Source: Corallococcus sp. AB038B
Lineage (GTDB): Bacteria; Myxococcota; Myxococcia; Myxococcales; Myxococcaceae
Reading direction: 5' to 3'
Assembly: GCF_003668955.1 (NCBI RefSeq)
Contig: NZ_RAWO01000002.1
Span: 215,605 to 279,604, forward strand
Length of the DNA stretch: 64,000 bases
Program-made: the position numbers and the translations under genes
Notes under the pieces: generated by a model
What the model was told of the DNA's origin: nothing
Seen by the model: the letters and a program-made list of their open reading frames with translations, nothing else
Database searches by the model: none
Shown: piece after piece, positions 26,001 through 32,921 of the stretch
How positions within the stretch are numbered: the first letter of the stretch is position 1
How the letters are laid out: each line of letters starts with the position of its first letter

Positions 26001-26378
26001 GGCCTCCCGTTCTGATTGAGGAAGCGCCTGCAGGTCCTCCAGGGGGAGTGCCGCCTCCAGCGTGGGTGCGACGACCTGCACGGGCCGCCCGTCCGCCAGA
26101 GAGAAGGTGGTGCGCAGCGCCTCATGGCGGATCACCAGCGCCTGGAGCGCGCGCTGGAGCACCGGCGCCTGGAGCTCGCCCAAAAGCCGCACGGCCACCG
26201 GCATGTTCAGCGCCGAGCCCCCGGGGCTCCACTGTTCGAGGAACCACATCCGTTCCTGCGCGAAGGAGAGCGGAGCGCGCCTGGGGGCCGCGACCTTCTC
26301 CTGGAGGAGCTTCGCCAGCAGGGCCCGCTTGTCGTCCGAGGGTGACGTCATGGTTTCCATCATCGCCCTGGAGGGCAT
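23034..26378 (-). CDS. NRPS loading module: N-terminal (starter-type) C domain, A domain, PCP, acidic C-terminal docking tail
   Basis: C 'MHHGVSDAWS'; A 'YTSGSTGQPKG', 'NGYGPTE', 'GELCVGG'; PCP 'LGGNSLLAL'. C-terminus 'DSDDDADLELDGDADV'. Stop TGA 23034-23036 lies 14 nt inside the next gene. Alternative in-frame ATGs at codons 6, 7 and 10. A-domain code D-V-E-N-F-G-G-V. Confidence 0.9.
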   Translation of the reverse strand: MPSRAMMETMTSPSDDKRALLAKLLQEKVAAPRRAPLSFAQERMWFLEQWSPGGSALNMPVAVRLLGELQAPVLQRALQALVIRHEALRTTFSLADGRPVQVVAPTLEAALPLEDLQALPQSEREARAVQRVAEVAREPFDLERGPLFRARLFQLSAREHLLLFAMHHGVSDAWSMGVVVRELTALYAAFQEGKAPELPPLPLQYGDYASWQRRAQQGEEADARLAWWRERIDPHALLELPTDKPRPAVLGTRGAREAVELPTALTADLKAFARKEGRTLFVTLLAVFQTLLHRYTGQEDLAVGTPVANRPRAELEGLIGLFVNTVVLRTDLSGAPSFRELLARLQPVALDAFAREELPFERLVDALKPGRDPSRAPLFQAMFVLQNAPLPPLEVPGLQLEARPVDTASAQFDLTLIAEDLPQGLRLTAEYPTDLFEPGTVRRMLAHLIRLLEGALATPHERLSRLPLLTPNEREQLLGAWSGTSAPYPQEDGLHTLFEAQAHRTPYAPALTFEGQSLSYRQLDARANQWAWHLRGLGVGPEAYVGLCAARSFDMVVGMLATLKAGGAYVPLDPTYPAARLAFMLQDSAVKVLLAHRTLLAGLPSAPGARTVCFEDGVPDADTSRAPPGAPLPDGPAYVIYTSGSTGQPKGVVATHRAACNLVVHEARVSELGPASRVLQFSNPGFDVSVEEIFATLTAGGTLCLAPVERLMPGEPLHQLLKQQAITVLNATPTALAATDATGLPSLRTVFSGGEACTAELVSRWGEGRRFINGYGPTEVTVTATATEVRPEGRAPPLGRPIPNVRVYVLDARLSPVPVGVPGELCVGGVGLARGYLNLPGTTAERFVPDPYASEPGARLYRTGDRVRWRQDGELEFLGRLDGQVKLRGFRIELGEIEAALRQHASVEEAAVLIQDTPAGGQRLVAWLVPATAGQPPTATALHAFLLERLPPHMVPSAFVSVPAFPLTANGKLDVRALPPPTAGQLESGRTFEAPRTEREEQLARLWSDVLQVERVGLDDPFFELGGNSLLALRLHQRLRAELGVELPLTVLFQHSTVRALAERLAQGGGSDSGAKSGRDRSRRRQAFARKTVAAPARDSDDDADLELDGDADV

Positions 26379-26641
26379 GAAAACGTTGAGAACCCCGCGA
26401 ATGTCTCACGAAACATCCGGGGCTCCGACAAGCCGCTGGATCTCCCCCTTCACGGCGACTTTTCGACCCAGGGGAGGGGGCTCTTGCAGTCGCAGCGAAA
26501 CGGTGTTTCCGGCCGAGTGGCCTCCCACCGGGCCCTCTCAGGGTGAGGGGAGGGATGTCTGTTATTGATGTGTGGCTTTGCGGTGGAGAAAAGTCGCCGG
26601 GCACGCCCGTAGGCACGGTGGTCCGGGTAGACTCCGGAGCC

Positions 26642-28036
26642 ATGGGTGCCGCGTCGAACTCCCCCGGAGGGAAGAATGCGCTCTTGCGCGGCCTTCCTTC
26701 CATTGAACAACTCTTGCGTCGACCGTCGTTGGAGTCCCGGCTCGCGAACCTTCCCCATGCCCGCGCCGTCGCGGCACTGCGGCTCGCCGTTGAACGTGTG
26801 CGCGCAAGGTTGCTCGGGGGGGACCCGCGTCCTTTCGAGGACGCGGACGTGGAGGCGGCGCTCGCGTCCCTGGCCACGCCGAACCTCCGGCGCGTGATCA
26901 ACGCCACCGGCGTCGTGCTCCACACGAACCTCGGCCGCGCACCGCTCGCTCCAGAAGCCGTGGAGCGAGTTGTCGCCGTGGCCCGGGGCTACTCCAACCT
27001 CGAATACGACCTGGACGAAGGCGAACGCGGCAGCCGCTACGCTCCGCTCATCGGCCTCCTGCGCACGCTCACCGGCGCGGAGGACGCCATCGTGGTCAAC
27101 AACTGCGCGGGGGCCGTGCTCCTCATCCTCGCCGCGCTAGCCTCCGGCCGTGAGTGCGTTGTGTCCCGCGGCGAGCTCGTCGAAATCGGCGGAGGCTTCC
27201 GCATCCCGGACGTCATGCGCCAGTCCGGCGCGAAGCTCGTCGAAGTGGGCACCACCAACCGCACCCGCCGCGCGGACTACGCCAACGCACTGAGTCCAGA
27301 CACCGGCCTCATCGTGAAGGTCCACCGCTCCAACTTCGCGCTCGTCGGCTTCACGGAAGAGGCGCCCCTGACGGAGCTCACCGAGTTGGGACGCTCCCGT
27401 GACGTGCCCGTGTTCCAGGACCTGGGCTCCGGCGCACTCATTCCGCTGTCCGGCCCAGGCCTCACCCCGGAGCCCACCGTGGGCCAGGCCATCCGGGACG
27501 GCGCGGACGTCGTTGCCTTCTCCGGCGACAAGCTCCTCGGCGGCCCCCAGGCCGGCGTCATCGTTGGCCGCGCGGACCTGCTCCAGCGCATCAAATCCCA
27601 CCCGCTCACACGTGCGCTGCGTGTCGACAAGATGACGGTCGCGGCCCTGGAGGCGACGCTGGAGCTGTACCGGGATGGCCGCGCGGACGCGGTCCCCACC
27701 CAAAGCCTGCTCACCCAGCAACCGGCTTTGTTGCGATCCCGTGCCGAACGCCTGGCGGCCCTGCTCGCGGCGCACGGCGTCGAGGGCCGGGTCGTGTCCG
27801 TGGACGGACAAGTAGGTGGAGGTGCCATGCCGCTGTCCCGGTTGCCTTCCTACGCTTGCAGCCTCACCGTAGAAGCGCCGAAAGTATTCCTGGAACGTCT
27901 GCGCGAAGCCGAGGTGCCCGTTATTGGCAGGATTGCGGATGACGAGGTCGTTCTCGACGTCCGGTGTCTCTCAGAGGAGGACCTGGGGCAGGTCGCGCAG
28001 GCTGTGGCGGCCGCCCGTTCGGGAAGCCAGCCATGA
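26642..28036 (+). CDS. selA: L-seryl-tRNA(Sec) selenium transferase
   Basis: 464 aa from the ATG at 26642 ('[28 protein letters not shown]'). Motifs '[40 protein letters not shown]' contain the SelA PLP-lysine region. The track ORF extends upstream to 26543. Confidence 0.85.
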   Translation: [464 protein letters not shown]

Positions 28037-28626
28037 TCAACAGCGCCGTGCTCGTTTTAAACCGGTACTACCAACCGGTTCACGTGACGTCAGTCAAACG
28101 GGCCTTTTCCCTGCTGTATCAGGGCGTCGCCAAAGCCATCGACGAACAGTACCGGCTGTATGAGTTCGAGGACTGGGCCGCCCTCAGCGCCACCCAGGAC
28201 AGCATCACCACCATCGACCGCACCATCCGCGTGCCGCGCGTCCTCGTGCTCGGCGCGTATGACCACCTGCCTCGCGCCAAGGTGCGCTTCTCGCGCCTCA
28301 ACATCTACGCGCGCGACAACGACACCTGCCAGTACTGCGCGAAGCAGCTGCCCCGCAGCGAGCTCAACCTGGACCACGTCAGCCCCCGCACCCAGGGCGG
28401 AAAGACGACGTGGGAGAACGTCGTGTGCTCCTGCGTGCCCTGCAACCTGAAGAAGGGCGGGCGCACTCCGGAACAGGCCGGGATGCGGCTGCTCAAGAAG
28501 CCCGTACGCCCGCGCTGGACGCCGCTGTTCCGTGGCGCCATCCGCAAGATCACCTACCGGGAGTGGCTGCCGTTCCTCCACCTCGCGGATGTGTCGTACT
28601 GGAACGTCGAGCTGCTCGACGAGTGA
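28033..28626 (+). CDS. HNH endonuclease
   Basis: ATG 28033 overlaps the selA stop (ATGA). Carries 'CQYCAK...LNLDHVSPRTQGGKTTWENVVCSCVPCNLKKGG', a CxxC...H-N-H...CxxC zinc-finger HNH core. Confidence 0.8.
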   Translation: MINSAVLVLNRYYQPVHVTSVKRAFSLLYQGVAKAIDEQYRLYEFEDWAALSATQDSITTIDRTIRVPRVLVLGAYDHLPRAKVRFSRLNIYARDNDTCQYCAKQLPRSELNLDHVSPRTQGGKTTWENVVCSCVPCNLKKGGRTPEQAGMRLLKKPVRPRWTPLFRGAIRKITYREWLPFLHLADVSYWNVELLDE

Positions 28627-28718
28627 CAGCGAACGGCTCCCCGGCCGCCTGCTCCCCGAGCCTCCGGGCTCCGGGGCGCGGGCTTCGGGCGCTACAGGGT
28701 CGGCCGTGAAATGGCGGG

Positions 28719-29795
28719 GTGTCGACTCGGGCGGTAGGACGGGCTTTGATGCGAGCCTTCGTGAAGCCCGCCCCCCTGCCTCCATCCGCTCCCGCCCCAC
28801 TGGCTGGCACCTCGCCGCGTGCAGCCAATGACGCATCGCCCTCGGGACCCGCGGGCCTCGCGCGGCGCTCCCGCGCGCGGCGGATCATCGCGGTGGGCGG
28901 TGGCAAGGGCGGCATCGGCAAGTCGATGGTGTCCGCCAACCTGGGTGTCGCGCTCGCGCAGGCAGGCCAGAAGGTGCTGCTCGTGGACGCCGACCTGGGC
29001 GGCGCCAACCTGCACACCTGCCTGGGCGTGGGCCCTCCAGAGTCCACGCTGTCGGACTTCCTCCGCCGTGGGAAGGCCAACCTCGAAGAGGTGATGGTCT
29101 CCACCGGCGTGCCCGGGCTGTCGCTGATCGCCGGCGCACAGGACTCGCTGGACGCGGCGAACCTCAAGTACGCGCAGAAGCAGAAGCTCTTGCGCACGCT
29201 GCTGTCGCAGACGACGGCGGACTACCTCATCCTGGACCTGGGCGCGGGCACCAGCTTCAACACGCTCGACTTCTTCCTCATCGCGGACCACGGCCTGCTC
29301 GTCGTGCTGCCGGAGCCCACGTCCGTGGAGAACGCGTACCGCTTCGTCAAGGCGGCCTTCTTCCGCAAGCTCCAGCAGACGGAGGCGCGCTACGGCATCC
29401 AGGACATGGTCGAGGGCGCGCTGTCCACCCGCGAGGGCGCCCTGCGGACGCTGCACGACATCGTCGCGCAGGTGCGGCGCAAGGCCCCTTCCGACGCGGA
29501 GCGGCTGGAGCGCGAGCTGGCGGCGTTCCACGTGCGGCTCGTCGTGAACCAGGCTCGCACGGACGCGGACGAGAAGGTCGGCGCCGCGATGGTGTCCGCG
29601 TGGAAGAAGTTCTTCGGCATCGACATGGATGACCTGGGCGCCCTGCGCCACGACGATGAAGCGTGGCGCGCGGTGCGCAAGCGCAAGCCGGTGCTCCTCG
29701 AGCGGCCCGATTCGCCCGTATCCCAGGGACTCCAGCGCATCGCAGCGCGTATCCTGACGCTCGACGGCATTTCCCCCGAGTCCGCCATCCCATGA
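28719..29795 (+). CDS. ParA/MinD-family P-loop ATPase with ~60-aa Pro/Ala-rich N-terminal extension
   Basis: Deviant Walker A 'IAVGGGKGGIGKS', 'LLVDADLGGANL'. GTG 28719 start (alternative ATG 28749). Stop overlaps the next gene (ATGA at 29792). Confidence 0.8.
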   Translation: MSTRAVGRALMRAFVKPAPLPPSAPAPLAGTSPRAANDASPSGPAGLARRSRARRIIAVGGGKGGIGKSMVSANLGVALAQAGQKVLLVDADLGGANLHTCLGVGPPESTLSDFLRRGKANLEEVMVSTGVPGLSLIAGAQDSLDAANLKYAQKQKLLRTLLSQTTADYLILDLGAGTSFNTLDFFLIADHGLLVVLPEPTSVENAYRFVKAAFFRKLQQTEARYGIQDMVEGALSTREGALRTLHDIVAQVRRKAPSDAERLERELAAFHVRLVVNQARTDADEKVGAAMVSAWKKFFGIDMDDLGALRHDDEAWRAVRKRKPVLLERPDSPVSQGLQRIAARILTLDGISPESAIP

Positions 29796-31543
29796 AGCCC
29801 TTCGCGCAGCAGACCTACTACGAGATCCTGGAGGTGCCGCCCACGGCGAGCGACGCGGACATCCGCGCGGCCCACCAGCGCCTGATGGAGCTGTATTCGC
29901 CGGATTCCATCGCGGTGTACGCGCTGGGGGATCCGGATCAGGTGGAAGCGCTGCGTGACCGGATGAACGAAGCGATGGAGATGCTCACCGACGCGGACCT
30001 GCGCGTCGAGTATGACCGCTCCATCGGGCTGACCACGGAGCGGCTGGCGAAGGCCGCCGCGACGGCGGAGGCCGCGGGCGCGGTGGACTCGGCCGCGCGT
30101 GTCGCGGAGGCCCTGGCCACCGCGGCGGCGGCGCTGGCGAAGGCCGCGGGCGCGGTGGATGCCGAAAGGCTGGAGGCGGAGTCGCGACTGAAGGCCGCGA
30201 CGTCCGTGAACGACGATGAAGGGGAGGCGGCTCGCGCGAGCGGGACGCCTGGAAAGAGCGAGGAGCGGATGCGGGGTGAGGAGTCGACGCGGCAGGAGTC
30301 CTCGGGGCTGGACGCGCCAGGCGTGCCCTCCGAGCCGGTGATGGTGGGTGGCGTGGCGGTGGTGGAGGCCTTCCGTGCCTCGTTCACCCGGAGCCTGTCG
30401 TTCGTCTACGTCCCCGCGAGTCCGCTGCGCGGCCAGGGCAGGGGAGCCACCGAAGCGCCGGCCCCCGCCGTGGACGTGAAGTCCTCCATTGCAGAGAACG
30501 CGCCGGCTGCCTCGGCACCCAGGGCCGAGGCGCCTGGCCCGGTCGAGCCCCCTGCCAATGCGGTCGCGTCGCCTGCGGAAGCCGTGCCTCCGGCCGGATC
30601 CGTTTCCGCGCCCGCGAGCTCCTCCGTCGAGCCCCCGGAAGCCGCGGAGCCTTCCGCGGCGGTCGCCCCAGACCGCGTTGAGGCCTTCGATGCGCCTGTT
30701 GCCTCCGAGGCAACAGAGGTCCCGGCTCCCCAGCCCGTGACGGACCCCCATCCCGTGGCCGCGTCGCCCGTGGCCGAGGTCAGCGCCACTCCCGCCGCGC
30801 CGCTCACGCCGGAAGAGAGCGCCACGCCCTCCGCGCTGGTTGCCGCGACTCACGTGCCTGAAGCGGGCGCCGCGCCGGAAGCCAGCGCCGCGCCCCAGGC
30901 CCCGGAGACCGGAGCCGTGGCCGCCAGCCCCGCGCCCGCCTCCGACGCGGCGGCGGTGACGACCACCCAGGGCGAGTCGGATCCGAACCCCGCTCCGGGC
31001 ACTCCGACCCTGGACTCCAGTACGACCGCGCTGGCCCGGATCCCCGCCACCGGGGCCTCCCGCGCCGCCGTTCGGCCCCTGACGTCGTCTCGCCCTGGCG
31101 ACTCGCGTCCGCCGCAGAAGGGCCCCACGGGGCCGGGCACCGTGAAGGGCCCCACGGTCCGCAAGCTCGGGGACGCCCAGGTCCTGGCTCAGGACTCCGC
31201 CATCGCGACCGCCGAGTCCGCGCTGGCCCAGGTGGCCGCCAAGGTCCGCGAGGCCCGTCCCCGGGGCGTGGACATCCCCTCGGATGCAGAGTTCAACGGC
31301 GAACTGCTCCGCCGCGTCCGCGAGGCCCGCGGCCTCTCCATCCAGCAGCTGGCCGACCGCACCCGCATCTCCGTGCGTCACCTGGAGAACGTGGAGGCGG
31401 ACCGCTACACCGCGCTCCCCACCACCGTGTATCTGCGCGGCATCCTCATGAACCTCGCCCGAGAGCTGGGCCTGGACCCCCTGCGCGTGTCCAAGAGCTA
31501 CCTCGCGCTGTTCTCCGAGAAACCCGCCAAGTCGGGCCGTTGA
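29792..31543 (+). CDS. J-domain (DnaJ-like) protein with Pro/Ala-rich linker and C-terminal RodZ/XRE-type helix-turn-helix
   Basis: N-terminus 'QTYYEILEVPPTASDADIRAAHQRLMELYSPD' is a J domain without the HPD tripeptide (it has 'YSPD'). ~350 aa follow that are rich in Pro/Ala/Glu/Ser. C-terminus 'GLSIQQLADRTRISVRHLENVEADRYTALPTTVYLRGIL' is an HTH. Confidence 0.7.
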   Translation: MKPFAQQTYYEILEVPPTASDADIRAAHQRLMELYSPDSIAVYALGDPDQVEALRDRMNEAMEMLTDADLRVEYDRSIGLTTERLAKAAATAEAAGAVDSAARVAEALATAAAALAKAAGAVDAERLEAESRLKAATSVNDDEGEAARASGTPGKSEERMRGEESTRQESSGLDAPGVPSEPVMVGGVAVVEAFRASFTRSLSFVYVPASPLRGQGRGATEAPAPAVDVKSSIAENAPAASAPRAEAPGPVEPPANAVASPAEAVPPAGSVSAPASSSVEPPEAAEPSAAVAPDRVEAFDAPVASEATEVPAPQPVTDPHPVAASPVAEVSATPAAPLTPEESATPSALVAATHVPEAGAAPEASAAPQAPETGAVAASPAPASDAAAVTTTQGESDPNPAPGTPTLDSSTTALARIPATGASRAAVRPLTSSRPGDSRPPQKGPTGPGTVKGPTVRKLGDAQVLAQDSAIATAESALAQVAAKVREARPRGVDIPSDAEFNGELLRRVREARGLSIQQLADRTRISVRHLENVEADRYTALPTTVYLRGILMNLARELGLDPLRVSKSYLALFSEKPAKSGR

Positions 31544-31583
31544 CCGGGAGTTGGCCAGACCCCCTCCCGTGCGACGGGAAAAG

Positions 31584-31613
31584 TTGACTCGCACGGGGTG
31601 GGTGCCTAAGTAG
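31584..31613 (+). promoter_or_regulatory. Candidate sigma-70-like promoter (TTGACT - 17 nt - TAAGTA) directly abutting the ATG at 31621
   Basis: Perfect -35 hexamer at 31584-31589, a 17-nt spacer, and a weak -10 at 31607-31612. The start codon lies 8 nt after the -10, implying a leaderless or very short-leader transcript. Confidence 0.3.
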
Positions 31614-31620
31614 TGGCACG

Positions 31621-31884
31621 ATGACGGAAGAGGAAAAGGTCAAGGCGATGCGACTCGCTCGCGCGATCGCCTCCGATATCTCGCTCTACAACGAGCAGAA
31701 GATCATCAAGGGCATCGAGCAGGACAACCTTTTCGAGGTCCTCAAGGAGGAACTGGAAGAGGGGCGAGCGCTCTACAAGAGCCGCGTGAGCGCGGAAATC
31801 AGCACCCAGGCGAACTTCTTCGAGCGTGCCATCAACGACATCGTGTTGCGCTCCAAGGCGCACGTGAAGTCGAAGATCTGGTAG
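31621..31884 (+). CDS. Small acidic hypothetical protein (87 aa)
   Basis: ORF with strong GC3 bias, 'MTEEEKVKAMRLARAIASDISLYNEQKIIKGIEQDN...'. Sits between the J-domain gene and the pseudouridine synthase gene. Confidence 0.55.
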   Translation: MTEEEKVKAMRLARAIASDISLYNEQKIIKGIEQDNLFEVLKEELEEGRALYKSRVSAEISTQANFFERAINDIVLRSKAHVKSKIW

Positions 31885-31895
31885 CGCCCTCCGCC

Positions 31896-32921
31896 GTGGC
31901 CGCACCCGACACGCGCGAGCACCGTGCCCTCCCCGAAGCCCGGGGTGAGCGACTGGATGCGTACATGGCCCGCGCGTTCCCGGACCTCACGCGCTCCCGC
32001 CTCCAGGGCCTCATCGCCGACGGCCACGTGCTGTCGGACGGCAAGCCCGGCAAGACCGCGCAGCGTCTGCGCGGAGGCGAGCTGCTGGTCCTCCACATCC
32101 CCGCACCCGTCGCGGCCATCCCGCAGGCGGAAGCCCTGCCCGTGTCCGTACTGCACGAGGACCGCGACCTCGTCGTCGTGGACAAGGCCGCCGGCATGGT
32201 GGTGCACCCGGGCGCGGGCCACGCGTCCGGCACGCTCGTCAACGCGCTCCTGCACCGCGTGAAGGACCTGGCCGGCGTGGGCGGCGAGCTGCGCCCCGGC
32301 ATCGTCCACCGCCTGGACAAGGACACCACCGGCTGCCTCGTCGTCGCCAAGCACGAGCAGGCGCTGGTGGCGCTCCAGAAGGCCTTCAAGACGCGCGAGG
32401 TCCAGAAGACGTACCTGGCCCTGGTGCACGGCGTGCCGCCCGCGGAAGGGCGCATCGAGACGCTCTACGGCCGCCACCCCATCCACCGGCAGAAGTTCAC
32501 CGGCAAGGTGAAGGAGGGCAAGACCGCCATCACCCTGTTCCGCGTGCGCGAGGCCTTCGACGGCGCCGCGCTGGTGGAGGTGGACCTGCTCACCGGCCGC
32601 ACGCATCAGATCCGCGTCCATCTGGCGGAAGCCGGACACCCGCTCTTGTGCGACGCGCTCTACGGCGCCGGCCGCAAGGCGAAGGGCGCGGTGGCGGAAG
32701 CCCAGGAGGCGGTGGGCCGTCAGGCGCTGCACGCGTGGCGCCTGGCCTTCGAGCACCCGCGCACCCACAAGGCGCTGGACCTGGAAGCCCCCCTCCCGGA
32801 GGACTTCCAGAAAGCGCTCACGCGCCTGCGCGAGGCGAGCGTCCCCGCGGGCCCGCCCACGAAGGCGAAGCCCGCGGCGAAGAAGCCGGCGGCGAAGAAG
32901 GCTACAGGCCGGAAACGCTGA
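31896..32921 (+). CDS. RluA-family 23S rRNA pseudouridine synthase (RluD-like, S4 + catalytic domain)
   Basis: Catalytic 'HRLDKDTTGCLVVAKH' and S4-like N-terminus. GTG start at 31896. Confidence 0.85.
   Translation: MAAPDTREHRALPEARGERLDAYMARAFPDLTRSRLQGLIADGHVLSDGKPGKTAQRLRGGELLVLHIPAPVAAIPQAEALPVSVLHEDRDLVVVDKAAGMVVHPGAGHASGTLVNALLHRVKDLAGVGGELRPGIVHRLDKDTTGCLVVAKHEQALVALQKAFKTREVQKTYLALVHGVPPAEGRIETLYGRHPIHRQKFTGKVKEGKTAITLFRVREAFDGAALVEVDLLTGRTHQIRVHLAEAGHPLLCDALYGAGRKAKGAVAEAQEAVGRQALHAWRLAFEHPRTHKALDLEAPLPEDFQKALTRLREASVPAGPPTKAKPAAKKPAAKKATGRKR

Noticed and set aside
26379-26641. Possible tRNA-Sec (selC) or SECIS element next to selA
   Set aside because: No cloverleaf-capable sequence with GGAAG 5' end or CCA-adjacent acceptor pairing was found in the intergenic regions flanking selA. 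Only short 5-bp dyads are present.
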